In this document: positions 12,934-24,879 of the stretch, one piece after another
How the letters are laid out: each line of letters starts with the position of its first letter
Position numbering within the stretch: the stretch's first letter is position 1
DNA from: Chiloscyllium plagiosum
Taxonomy: Eukaryota
NCBI RefSeq assembly: GCF_004010195.1
Contig: NC_057718.1
Span: forward strand, 16,033,891-16,068,361
DNA length: 34,471 nucleotides
Direction: 5' to 3'
Notes under the pieces: model-generated
Told to the model about the DNA's origin: nothing
What the model saw: the letters and a program-made list of their open reading frames with translations, nothing else
The model's database searches: none
Program-made: the position numbers and the translations under genes

Positions 12934-13002
12934 TGTTATGGACCAGGCCAGAACCCTTCAAAACATTTCAAGAAAGTAGCCCAAACCCTAACTTTGCTAG
13001 TT
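12934..13002. mobile_element. LTR fragment (same family as 4781-5329, opposite orientation), left of L1
   Basis: tgttatggaccaggccagaaccc..aaaacatt..aaccctaacttt matches the reverse complement of ~5265-5329. Confidence 0.8.
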
Positions 13003-13328
13003 TTTTAATAATATTTTTATTAAGAAAAAATAGATTTTTAAATATTACAACAAATACAAAACAATGCAATTCAAAACAGTACAAAAATAGTACAAAACTA
13101 AACACAAATAATAAAAATTCCCCAACCCACCCTCCTATATGAATGTATAAACATATGTAGAGAAGTATAAAATTTAAAAAAAAACCTAAACTACCTATTT
13201 AACTAACTAAATAAATACCTAACAACAAACAAACAAATAGTAATAACTCAGCCCAGCCAAACAAAACACTCATACATTCACAGTTCCTCCTCCCTGGATA
13301 TTGGACTCATGAAACACAATCGTTACGG

Positions 13329-16300
13329 CTATATAAAAGCCCTTGTTAGTGTGGCATATAAATCTGTGTCCAGGTATTTCAAAAAGCATTGCCATGTCTT
13401 GTAAAAATTCTCAGTTTTGTGGTGTACCATATTTGTGAGAGAGTCCGGAGGAATATGCTCCATAACAATCTTCTGCCAACCCGACAAGCCTGGGGTTTTT
13501 TCTGATATCCAACCTAGCAAGATATTATTCTTGCACAGAATGTAAGAATATTGAAAAGTTTTGCCTTATGCGAGTCTGCAGGAAATACAATGGGTAGGCC
13601 CAAAAGGAGCGAAATAGGATCCTTCTCCACCCCATACCTAAAATCCTCTCCATTGCAGCCACCACAGCGCTCCAATATGTTTGAAGCCTGTCACAAGACC
13701 AAAGACAATGAGTAAGAGCACCCGTACAGACCTTGCACTTGGGGCATGCTGAAGATACCCCTGGTTTAAATTTTGACAAACGGTCTGGGGCTAAGTGGAC
13801 CCTGTGGAGAATCTTCAACTGTAAAGCATGGGTCCTGTTGCAAATTGATATCTTCCTTGCATTCTCCCAAATATCCTCCCATGCCTCTGAAGAAACTTCA
13901 ACACCCAGCTCTCTTTCCCACATCTTGCAGAGTCGATCAGACTCATCTGAGGTGGCACCCCCCAATTGCTGATATAGAGTACTGACAGAGAGTGTACTCT
14001 TAGCCCTTAGTACCCCTCTTTCTATGTCAGATTTGTAGGGATCAGTCAAAAGTGTGGTCTATTTTTTTGAATAAAATCCCTAACTTGAAAAAAACGAAAG
14101 AGGGCTCTATTAGGGTTGATGTGGACTGGTTGGGCCAAAGGGCCTGTTTCCACACTGTAGGGAATCTAATCTATCTTCAGGTAACTCGTACTTCCATACT
14201 AACTGATCGAAGGACATCATTACGTCTCCCTCAAATAAATCACTCATGCAAGATATACCCCTAGCTGCCCAACGTTTAAATCCTGAATCTATCATACCTG
14301 GTTGAAAACTCTGCATACCCGCTAAAGGTGTAAACAAAGATGTATTGCCAATATTACCTTCCCTCTGCCGAATTGCCCTCCATGCTTTAACAGTATTAAT
14401 GACTATTGGGTTATGGCAATATTCCCTAACTGTCCTAACCTTGACTCAAACAGCAAACTGGTAAGGGGGCACCTTGCCTGGGAGACTTCGAGCCACATTG
14501 AAAGAGGGTCCCCAATCACTCACATAGGTCAACAGCGAGCTTAATTAGTAATTTTTAATGTCCGGAAGGTCTACTCCCCCCAATCTGTGAGGCAACTGCA
14601 GTTTGGCTAATTTAATGAGGGGCCGTTTACGGTGCCAGATGAAGGAGCTGAACCAACTGTTCAGTCTCCTGAGTGTTTGTTTATTGAAAATCAGGGGGAG
14701 CATCCATATAGGGTGTAGCAAACAAGGGAGAATATTCATCTTAATAAGCGCTATCCGACCCAACCATGAGACTGGAAGTGCCTCCCATCTTTGGAGATCC
14801 TGTATAATTTTTTCAAATAATTGAGTAAAATTGGCTTTGAACAGCCAATCCAGAACTGGATTAAAGAATATGCCCAAATACACACGACCCCCCTGTAACC
14901 ACCTAAATGGGAATCTATGGTCACTCGAGCCAACTCTTTTGTAAGACCACCATTGGCATAGCCTCTGATTTAGTAAAATTAATCTTATACCCTGAAAAGC
15001 GCCAAACGCGTGAATGCATTGAATCAGGCAAGGCACAGAGACTGCTGGATTTGTCAAGAAAATTAGAACATCATCTGCATACAGCAAGATCTTATGTAAT
15101 TTTGACCCCACTTCTGGATCTGATGTATTGAGATCCCCATGAATGGCCTCTGCCAACGGTTCAATCACCAACGTAAAAAGTAATGGTAAAAGGAGACAGC
15201 CCTGCCGGCTGCCCCTAGAAATATTAAAATTGCTTGATTGTACCCTGTTGGTAATAGCCGCAACGAGAGGTACACTGTAGAGAACCTTTACCCATCTTAT
15301 GAAAACTTCGCCCAGAGCAACCTGGTCGAGAGTATAGAAAAGGTACAGCCACTCAACTGGGTCAAATGCCTTCTCTGCATGTAAAGAAATCACGAATCCC
15401 TGTATTGACTGCTGTTGGCATGTTTGAATTACGTTAAGCAGCCTCCTAACGTTATTGGAGGATCTGCGACCCTTTTAAGAAGCACGTCTGATCCTCTTTA
15501 ATAATAGAGGGTAACAGTCTCCAGCCTTAACGCAAAAGCCTTAGAGAGGATCTTAAAGTCCACATTTAAGAGCGAGATGGACCTGTATGAAGCACAGTCT
15601 TCCGGATCCTTCCCTTTGTTTTAAGATTAAGTGAAATATTGGCCTCTCTGAGATGGTGGGAGACAAACATGACTGTATGAATCATTAAACATATTCAGCA
15701 TCAGGCCTGACAGTATATTAATAAATTCCTTATAGAATTCACTGGGAAGTCCATCAGGACTGGGTGCCTTTCCACTCTGAAGCTGCCTCACAGCTTCCTG
15801 CACTTGTTCTGATAATGGGGCATTGAGAAAGGACTGTCGTTTGGAGTCACACCCGGGAGCTTCCGATCTCTCAAAAAAGGATTCCATTTTGGCCTGCCCC
15901 TCCTCACAATTCTCAGACTGATATAAGTCAGTAGAATCTCCGGAACGCCACATTGATCTTTTTAGAATCACATGTTAGGTTCCCAGACCCTCCCTTAATC
16001 GCTGTAATGGTTTGTGGGGCACTTCTCTTTCTGGCAAGGTATGCTAAGCATGTGCCTGGCTTGTCACCATGTTCGTATAACCTTTGCTTTACAAAATCCA
16101 GCTCCTCCTTTGCCGTCTGCGTGAGCACGGATTTTAGTGCAGACCGCAGTGCCGTAATCCTCTGTAGTTTGACCAACGAGGGTCTGTCAAAATAGGTCTT
16201 CTCGGCTGCCTTCAACCGTGCTTGAAGGAGACGTTGCTGCTCACCTTTCTGCCGCTTCCTACTGGTGGAATATGAAATAACTAACCCTCTGGCATAAGCT

Positions 16301-17172
16301 TTGGCAGTTTCCCAGAGAACAGATGAGTTATCAACCGAGCCAACGTTGATGTCTAGGAATGCCTGAAATTCCCTAGAGAAATACTCCACAAACTTGCTGT
16401 CCATGAGGATAAAGAGGTCCATTCGCCAGTACCTTGAATCCACTGTAACATTCTTAATCTTAACCATGAGGTACACTGGAGCATGATCAGAGATGGCAAT
16501 ATTACCAATCGTACAGGATGCCACCAGATCCAGGGTTACCGCAGGGGTCAGAAAAAAATCAATCCTCATGTGACATCTGTGCGGATTGGAGAAAAACGTG
16601 AAATCCCTACCTGTAGGGTGGAGACACCTCCAGACGTCCATCAATCCTAATTCCCCCCACACACCCAATAATTGTTTAGTTTGTGCAGAGGGTATCGAGG
16701 GACCTTTAGACAACCTGTCTACTGTGGGGTCCATGAGGCAGTTAAAATCTCCCCCTATAATGATGTGCCGAGACTTGAGACTTATCAGTTTAGAAAAAGC
16801 ATCTACCAAGAATTTAAGAGGATGAGTTGGGGGGCAATAAACATTTAAAATGTCATATTGTTCCCCATTTATCAAGGCTTTAAGAATTACAAACCACCTG
16901 TATGTGTCTTTAACACATTCTAACAATTTTTAATTGAGAGATTTTTCCTTACCAATATAGCCACTCCCCTACTTCTGGTGTTAAATGATGAAAAATAAAC
17001 TCGGTCAAAGCCATTCTGCAGTAATTTCAGATGCTCCTTGCCATCCAAATGTGTCTCCTGTAACAAAGCAATATCCACCTCCTTTCTAAGACTCGAGTAC
17101 CTTTTCCCTCTTAATTGGTGAGTGACTTCCCTTGATATTCCAGGTACACCATTTCATCAAATCATTAGCCAT
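13329..17172 (-). pseudogene. L1 ORF2 (APE endonuclease, reverse transcriptase, CCHC), frameshifted
   Basis: MANDLMKWCTWNIKG start; IIIGGDFN, RIDFF, ISDHAPV, KAPSPDGLPSEFYK, AEKAFD, GSRQGC, LYADD, CPKC..LTHCLWSC. Confidence 0.92.
14115..14178 (+). mobile_element. 64-bp CR1/HE1-type 3' end stub inserted into L1 ORF2
   Basis: ttgggccaaagggcctgtttccacactgtagggaatctaatcta. Removing it plus one copy of the agg duplication restores L1 coding ELPNRALFR. Confidence 0.85.
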
Positions 17173-17779
17173 AATCTTCTGCAATTACATTTAAATTCCA
17201 GAGAGGAGGAACCCGAACCACAAATTGCTGAGTCTTGGTGTCGCATGGTCCACCAAATATAAAAACTACATAAACTAAAACCACTACATTTAACAAACAT
17301 ACAAAATTATTAAAAATAAAAAAACCAACAAAAACCAGAAAACAAACCAACATATAAAGTCCCAATAGCGCTGAGTAGGGGAACTCACCCCCTGCCCGGA
17401 GGGGGCAACTACCCATCCCGAACTGCCCATAAATAGGCATCTAACCATCTCAACCATCTTCACTTCTCCCAGCCAGAGCCGCATCGCAAGCACAAACTAA
17501 AAAGAATAAACACCCCATAGAATATCAATATGAATAAAAACATTCTTTTATTAAAAAAAGGGGGAATAAATACCCCACCCATCCTTTGGTATGTCCTAAC
17601 TGAGAAATTTAAAATGTACATCTTAACCACTGCCAGACATAGTTTGAACCGAATTATCAATAGAGAAAAAAAAGGGGAAAAACAGAGCTCCAACTGGATT
17701 TCCTCCATTTTTTTTTACAGAATGATAAACGCATACTGAAGCAACAATATTTATACATACTACAATTGTTTAAATTAGG

Positions 17780-18551
17780 TTAGTTTGTCCACAAAGTCTC
17801 TTGCCTTCGCCGATGTGTCAGAGATGCATGGATCCATCTAAGGTGATCCGAAGCACTGCCGGATATCTCGGAGTACTGAATCCCAAGCTCCTTCAATCTT
17901 CTCTTGACACCATCATACGATTTTTGTTTCTGGATCACCACCACTGAAAAGTCCTGAAAAAACATGATCTTAGACCCCTTGTAAATTAGGGCCTTTGGAT
18001 CCTTCCCCTGGTAATGATGGAACCGCACCAGGAAAGGACGAGGACGTTGACCCAGACCTGACCTCCGTGCTGCGACCCGGTGAGTCCTCTCTATCTTCAA
18101 TCCTCTCATGCCGGCCTCCAAGTCAAGGAATTTCGGAAGCCAATCTTCAACAAATTCCGCAGGCCGCTCACCTTCCTTACCCTCAGGCAGACCGATGATC
18201 CGAATGTTTTTTTTTCTCCTGCCCCTGTTTTCAAGATCATCCACTTGGTCACGCAAATTACGAACCTGCGTCTTCAGGGCTTGGATCTCTTTCTTGAATG
18301 AACTGGCATCAGCTTCCACCACTGTGACCCTGTGCTCCACCTCATCCGTCCTCTTCTCCAGGTCTCGCAGCTGCTGCTCATGCTTCTGCAGCATGAGAGA
18401 GATTGGAGCCAGCTTCTCTTCAATCTGTTTCCCCAACATCTCGCAAGATTTCGAGAGCTGGCTCACCAAGTCGAGGAGATTAATCGGCTCCGAGGCTGCT
18501 GCAGGCTGAGCTGCAGGCCCGGCCTCAGATGCTGCTTCTCCCTTTAGGCAT
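17780..18551 (-). pseudogene. L1 ORF1 (coiled coil plus RRM), frameshifted
   Basis: Heptad-rich N-terminal half, DDLENRGRR.NIRIIGLPEGKEG, IERTHRV, RPRPFLVRF, IMFFQDFS. Upstream ATG at 18551. Confidence 0.9.
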
Positions 18552-18715
18552 TTCTAGACTGCTGAAAATACAGGTAAGTCAATTTTTAAATGTTTCTCGG
18601 GGCTCCACAATCTTTCCAACGACCCAAGAAATCCTGATGACCTGGGTTGGGTGGGTTAAAGGACCGTCCTGCAGCTGCTGTGATGCGAAGCTCTGCAGTG
18701 TGATCTTCTCAGATT

Positions 18716-18726
18716 GCCGCCATCTT
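18716..18726 (-). promoter_or_regulatory. YY1-type motif (AAGATGGCGGC) at the L1 5' end
   Basis: Matches the YY1 consensus about 10 nt inside the 5' end, the same position as the YY1 site of mammalian L1 promoters. Confidence 0.6.
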
Positions 18727-18735
18727 AGATTCCCC

Positions 18736-18813
18736 TGCTAGTTGTTTTAAGCATGTGTAACACCGATATTCCAGGAGATATACAGTTGGCCAAACTACTT
18801 AGTTTTAAACAAA
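18736..18813. mobile_element. Continuation of the LTR split by L1
   Basis: gatattccagga..cagttggccaaac..ttaaacaaa matches the reverse complement of ~5190-5240. Confidence 0.75.
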
Positions 18814-18879
18814 GTATTGTTGTCCTTTTTATGATAAATGATACCACTCCATTAGCTTTCATCATTACATTTTATGCTT

Positions 18880-20080
18880 GCATAGTCCTCTGCAGTCTCT
18901 CACCATTTAGATAATGTTTATTCTTCCTGCAGAATGGACAATTTCAAAATTTCTGAAATTTTGTTCTGTTTGCCACATCCTTGCTCTCTCAAGAACCTTT
19001 ATTTATATTGCTTTGCAGTGCACTTATGTCCTCATCATAACTTAGTTTGCTATCTTTGCCAAATTTGCTGATAATACAATCATAAATGAGTTCATTTAAG
19101 TCACTTATATAAAATTGTGAACAGTTCAAGTTGCAGCACTAATTTCTGTGGCACACCATTTGTTACATTGCCACCTGAAAAAGTCTAATTGATGTTGCTC
19201 TCTGCTTCCTGTTAGCAAGCCGTTCTATATCCATGCTATCTCCTACACCATGCACTTTTGTTTTCGGCAATTACCTTTGTGGGATTGAATGAAATGGTTT
19301 TTGGAAATGTAGGTATGGTACATTCATTGGATTTATAAAAATCATGTCATTTCCTGCAGGAACTGCAGTAGATTGGTGACACATTTATTTTGCTTTCTGA
19401 AAATTATATTGACTCTGCCTAACTATCTTGAACTTATCAAAGTGCCATGATATAACTTGTACAATAATAACTTGTTTGCCTAAAACTTAAACTGAAATTA
19501 ATTGGCCTGTTGTTTCTGTTTTCTGTCTCCCTTTTTTGAATAAAGGGGTTACGTTGGCTATCTCCCTAGGGCTGTCCCCATATCAAGAATTTCAGGAAAT
19601 TTAAAATCGATGCAACAGCTATAGCATGAACCACATATTCTAAGATTCTAGGATGTCATCCATATGGATCGTGCACTTATCAGCCCACAGTTCTAGCAGC
19701 TTACTTGGTGTCACTTTAATGATTGGTATTTTCAAGTTCTTCCCTCCTTTCATTTCATGATTTATCATGTGATTTTTCTTCCTCTATAGTGAAGACTGAT
19801 GCAAAATACCCATTCAATTAATTTGTCATCTCCATCTTTTCTAGTATTAATTCTCAAGTCTCTTTTTATAAGACTCATTTTGTTAACCCCCCCCCCCCCA
19901 AAATATTAGGAACTTTCACTGACTCTTAATTTCTTGGTCTAGCTTTCTCTATATATATTCCCTCTTTATCGTTTATTTTTGGGTTATTTGTTGCTGTTTC
20001 TATATTCTCTCCAATATTCTGACCTGACATCTATTTTTATACATTAACATGCTGCTTTTCATTTCATGCTACCTTTAATG
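18880..20080 (-). mobile_element. Old, heavily decayed CR1 ORF2
   Basis: Minus-strand GVPQKLVL..LFTI..SDL remnant near 19095-19160 and other RT remnants; boundaries approximate. Confidence 0.6.
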
Positions 20081-20081
20081 T

Positions 20082-20660
20082 ACCACTCTCCCCTACATCA
20101 AAGACCTCTCTGAAATGACTGCCAGACTATAAGACCCCTTGGCATCATGGTAGGCCACAAACCCACCAACACAATAAAACAGCAGCTAATGAACAACAAG
20201 CAAAACTAATGTCATTTACAAAATTTCGTGCTAGAACTGTAACAAACACTACACTGGACAAACAAGCAGAAAACTAGCCACCAGCTACATGAACATCACC
20301 TAGCCATAGTATGACATGACCCTCTCTTATTAGTATCCTTATATACAGACAAGGAAGGACACCTTCAACTGGGACAACACATCCATCCTAGAACAAGCTA
20401 AACAGATATGCACGAGAATTCCTAGAGGCATGGCACTCCAACCGGAACTCTATCAAGAAACATATCAGGTTAGACCCCAGCTACCACCCCCTGAGAAAAA
20501 ACAGGGAATGACATCACCAACCCAAAGAAACCCAAACATAGAAAGCAGGAATTATCAGCAGTGCTTTGCCCGGAGGCCCACTGAAGATATTATCTAGAGG
20601 GTGATGAAACATCTGGAAATGAACATTCCAGCTCAGTGAGCAAACCTACATCCAGAGCCT
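20082..20660 (+). mobile_element. Penelope-like element 3' end (RT linker, GIY-YIG endonuclease, terminal repeat)
   Basis: TLPYIKDLSEMTARL..LGIMV.HKPTNT; NVIYKISC.NCNKHYTGQT.RKL; FNWDNTSIL; REFLEAWHS. Confidence 0.9.
20578..20616 (+). ncRNA. Minimal hammerhead-ribozyme-like motif (decayed) in PLE terminus
   Basis: CCA-CTGAAGA-T-ATTATC tagag GGTGAT-GAAAC-ATC-TGG: CUGANGA and GAAA cores, 6-bp stem II with G-U pairs, 3-bp stem I. Confidence 0.7.
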
Positions 20661-20669
20661 TTAATGTCA

Positions 20670-21160
20670 CTAGTGCACCATGGATCATGTGTTTGTCCCT
20701 TGATCTCTGTTTCTTATTGGAATATATCAAGTCACCTATCTAATGTGCCAATTCACCTTTGCAAGCTCTGCTTTCATGCCCTCACTTTTTTGAATAACGC
20801 AAATTCTTTGATCCACTTCTCCCCTTTCCGCACACGCTCACTCACTTTGAACTGAATGTAAAATACAATGATGTCTGAAAATCTCCTATCTGGTTTCTAC
20901 CTGTGCCAAGGCATAGAATTGGCCCTGATCAACGTCACTATGGCCTTCTATATAACTCTTGTGATGTGCTGTTCTGTGTGTGCTCACTACTTTTCATTAT
21001 CCCAGTCACCTGTGCTATTTTCCTTGTCCCTTTCTATAGGCTGTCCTTGTTTGCAGTCTTATGTAGCAAAAGCTCTTGAAGCAATGGTTCCACTTTGTCG
21101 ATATTGTATCTCCAGTTTCACAAGGATCTGCTCTTGGTCCCTTCCTTTTCTACATCCATA
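20670..21160 (+). mobile_element. Old L2/CR1-group RT remnant
   Basis: SGFYLCQGIELALINVT resembles the SGFR..HSTETAL.KV motif; SQGSALGP remnant near 21115-21145. Confidence 0.55.
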
Positions 21161-21278
21161 TGATATTGAGATCCATCTATCCACCACCCCTTGATTCTTC
21201 CATCGAGAATATCTTGTAATATTGTACAGCAAGAATGCTGTTTGCCCTTAGTACCTGTGACAAGTCTCCAGAAAGCTA

Positions 21279-21404
21279 GGAGAAAATGAGGACCTCAGAT
21301 ACTGGAGGGTCAGAGTCAAAAGGTGTTGCTCTGGAAAAAGCTCAGATCAGGCAGGATCTTCGGAGCAGGAGAGTTGGTGTTTCAGACGTAAGCCCTTAAT
21401 CAGG
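21279..21404 (-). mobile_element. Short PLE-derived mini-element, decayed
   Basis: Homologous to 22565-22683; minus strand cctgattaagggcttacgtctgaaac is a mutated hammerhead core. Confidence 0.8.
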
Positions 21405-21436
21405 GAGGGGGCTATCCAGAACAGCCATCCAGTTGT

Positions 21437-22540
21437 AGAGTCAGAGACGTACAGCACAGAGACTGACTCTTCAGTCCAACTTGTCCACACCAATCAGATA
21501 TTCTAAAATAGTCAAGACCCACTTGTTAGCACTTGGCCCTTATCCCTCCAGACCTTTCCTATTCATATACCATCCAGATGCCTTTTAGATATTGTAATTG
21601 TATCAGCCTTCTCCTCCAGATCATTCCATATCACACTATCCTCCACTTGAAAAAGTTGCCCCTTGGGTCTCTCTCAAACTTTCGCCTTTCACCTTAAGCC
21701 TATGCCCTCTGGTTTTGGACTGCCCTACGGTGGAGAAAAGAGCTTGAATATTTACCCCATCCATGCCACTCATGACTTTTTAAACTTCTACAAGATCTGC
21801 TTCTCAGCCTTTGGCGCTCGAGGGAAATTAACCCCATCCTACTTTCCCTTTTGCTCAAACCCTGCAACCGTGGCAATATCCTCGTATATCTTTTCTGAAT
21901 CCTTTCAAGGTTCACAACATCTTCCTGTAACAGGGCGACCAGAATTAAATGCAGAATGCCAAAAATGGCCTATTCAATGTCCTGTACAGCCACAACATGA
22001 TCTCCAACCCCTATACTCAGTGCACTAAATGTTGCTATCACTACACTGTCTACATGTGATTCTGCTTTCAATCAACTATGAACCTGCACCTCAAAGTATC
22101 TTTGCAGCAAAACCTCAAGTGGCCTTAACATTTAAGTGTATAAGTCCTACCTTTACCAAACTTTACCTCATTTATCTTAATTAAACTTCATCTACCATTA
22201 CTCAGCCCATTGGCTCATCTGATCAAGGTCCCGTTCTTGACTGAGATCTTCACTGTCTGCTGCACCACCTATTTTGGTGTCCACTGGAAACTTATAATCA
22301 TGCCTCCGGTATTCACATCCAAATCATTTATATAAATGACAAAAAAGCAGCAAATCCAGCACCAGTCCTTGGATGTTGGGTATGATTTGGTAAATACGAT
22401 TATATCTGTTTTTTCCTAGTCATAGGCCTCCAGTCTAAAAAGCAACCCTTTACCACCACCACTGTTTCCTACCTTCATGCCAATTTTGTATCCAACTGGC
22501 TAGTTCTCCCTGTATTCCACATGATCTAACCTTGCTAACC
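21437..22540 (-). mobile_element. CR1 LINE (HER1-like) 3' fragment
   Basis: NLERIQKRYTRILPRL (21700..21915); 3' UTR and tail ctctgactct at ~21437. Confidence 0.88.
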
Positions 22541-22564
22541 TTAAATTGGCTCTGTTTGCTCCTT

Positions 22565-22776
22565 TGGGGAGAAAGTGAGGACTGCAGATGCTGGAGATCA
22601 GAGCTGAAAATGTATTGCTGGAAAAGCGCAGCAGGTCAGGCAGCATCCAAGGAACAGGAGAATCGACGTTTCGGGCATAAGCCTGAAGAAGGGCTTATGC
22701 CCGAAACGTTGATTCTCCTGTTCCTTGGATGCTGCCTGACCTGCTGCGCTTTTCCAGCAACACATTTTCAGCTCTG
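22565..22776. mobile_element. Palindromic PLE-derived mini-element with hammerhead-like core
   Basis: Inverted arms 22599-22683 and 22692-22776 (85 bp, 2 mismatches). 16-bp direct repeat gctctgtttgctcctt at 22549-22564 and 22771-22786. Confidence 0.9.
22683..22710 (+). ncRNA. Minimal hammerhead-ribozyme-like core
   Basis: CTGAAGA-A-GGGC ttat GCCC-GAAACGTT: both conserved boxes, perfect 4-bp stem II and self-complementary ACGT stem III. Confidence 0.65.
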
Positions 22777-23314
22777 TTTGCTCCTTCCCTTATACCTCTA
22801 CGTCCTTAAGTGTATATGCAGTTGCTTTTTAAAGTTTTGAACTTAGTTTAACACCTGTTTTTCAAGCAAAGTATTTCAGATAGTAACCACTTCCTCGATA
22901 GTGGCTTATCCTTGTCTCTTTAATTCTTCAACACTTTTTCCCAATGGTCATTTGACTATTCTGCCAGTGGAAACTGTTCTGTTTTACTCAATTGAAATCT
23001 TTCATAATTTTGACCACCTTGATTAAATCTTGCTACACACACGAAATGCCTCGACTTTGTAACCATACTAGTAAATCTTTGTACTGTTAAGGCCTTGATA
23101 TCATTCTTGAATTGGCAACTCATCTGAGGCCTAACCAGTGATTTATAAAAGTTATAACATAATTTTACTGCTTCTGTACACTTGCTATGTCTAGCGTGAA
23201 TATTTATATATTTTCATGCTGTATCAACTTATTCTGCAACCATTAAAAGTGAACCTCCATGTGTATAAAACTTGTGTTGTAAATTTTGAGAATATCAAAA
23301 GTATGTAGATACGT

Positions 23315-24085
23315 TAGTAGAATGGGAAGACAGCAGATGAAATTCAATGGAGAGAAGTGAGGGGTGATACATTTGGGTAGGAAGAACATGGACAGACTGT
23401 ACAACATAAAGTGTACAATTCTAAATCTGTTGCTGCAACAGAAGGGCCTGGGTGAAAATCTGCACAGAAGGTGGTAGCACAGAAGGTGGCAGAATGGGTG
23501 GAGAGAGCAGTTAATAAAGCTTTCAGTATTCTGGGTTGCTTTAATAGAGTAAGGAGGTGATGCTAAAATTATATAGGAATCACTTGTTAGATCTCAGCTG
23601 GAGTATTGTGCACATTTCTGGGCACCACATTAAAGATCAGATGTTAACACAGAGGAAAAGAGATTTGCAGGGATGAGCAACTTCACTTACAAGGATACAT
23701 TGATGATATTGGGACCAATGTCCTTGAAGAGAAGGTTAAGAAAAGACCTGACAGTTTTCAATATTATAAGGGGGCTGGATAGGATAGGGAGAAACTGTTC
23801 CACTTGAGATGGCTCCAACTTAGTGATTTATAAATATAGCAAATGTGGTATGAGAAAATGTTTTCACAAGTTTTGAGTTACACTTACTTTAAGTACGGTG
23901 GACACAGGTTCAATTGAGGCATTCAAAAGGGCATTTGGTGATTGTTTCTATTCAAAATTATGTGCAGAGATTTGAGGAAAAGGCAAGAGAATGGCGCTGT
24001 CATAAAACTCATTTACAGAGCTGGTGTACTGTAGATACTCAGCTGATTTGGCTTTGTTCTTCGTTATAACACTTGTAATTCTGTG
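23315..24085 (+). mobile_element. Old CR1 3' fragment
   Basis: QMKFNGEK..VIHLGRKN and LVRSQLEYCAHFWAPH remnants. Confidence 0.75.
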
Positions 24086-24676
24086 AAAACCTGACCAGTC
24101 AGCCAGCATTGACCTAGGTGGCAGATATGACAAAGGCACACCATACCCACTTGTCCTACAACATCCTACTATCTTAGAAATTTGAACCAAAATTGGGAAT
24201 GCTGTATCCTAATATTATTGTAGTAAATAAAACCTGATATAATCGTATTTGCCAACTCATACCCAACATCCAAGGTGCCCATTCATCATCCCTGTTTCAC
24301 TGGCAGAAGGGGCCCATCAGAGGTGACAACATGTTGGTGTACATTTGAGCAGGTATTGTTCTAGGAATATTTGACACCAACTCTGTACCTAATGATATAT
24401 CATGGCATTTGCAAACAGGAAGAAAGGTACTTGCTATTTATTTTCGAAATTGTGCTGTCTGAGGGTCCATTACTCCTTTTATGGAGAATAACACTTGGAA
24501 GGTACATCAAAAGTAGAGTGGGTACAGGATGTACTCTGGAGACTGCTCATCCACAACCAAAAATCACTGAGTAGCACCATTAGTGACTGAAGCCTGAAGG
24601 ATGCACATATCAGACTTGATGAACAAGGAATGAAAGTAGGCCAATTGACCCTTCGAGCTGGCTGATCTGTGTTTAA

Positions 24677-24807
24677 GGGAGCAGATTCCTGATGAAGTGC
24701 TTATGCCTGAAACAGAGCCTCCTGCTCCTTGGATGCTGCTTGACCTGTACTTTTCCAGTACCATGCTCTTGACTCTGATCTCCAGCATCTGCAGTCCTCA
24801 CTTACTC
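24677..24807 (+). mobile_element. Short PLE-derived mini-element with 15-bp TSD
   Basis: CTGATGA-A-GTGCttatGCCT-GAAAC at 24689-24713. TSD ctgatctgtgtttaa at 24662-24676 and 24808-24822. Confidence 0.88.
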
Positions 24808-24879
24808 CTGATCTGTGTTTAACCTCAACTCCAATATCTTGCATATCCTGTAAACTTGTTGCTTGATGGTCTCCCTCTA

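Larger units (their letters stand above)
13003..18735 (-). mobile_element. Full-length, decayed L1 (LINE-1) retrotransposon
   Basis: 5' end GGGGAATCTAAGATGGCGG, then ORF1, ~600-bp spacer, ORF2 (EN, RT, CCHC), T-rich 3' UTR, AATAAA and short A tail. 8-bp TSD tgctagtt at 12995-13002 and 18736-18743. Confidence 0.95.

Noticed and set aside
22599..22776. Pre-miRNA or MITE interpretation of the long hairpin
   Set aside because: The arms are copies of a dispersed one-armed element seen four more times. One arm has extra 5' sequence, and the 16-bp direct repeat does not fit common DNA-transposon TSDs.
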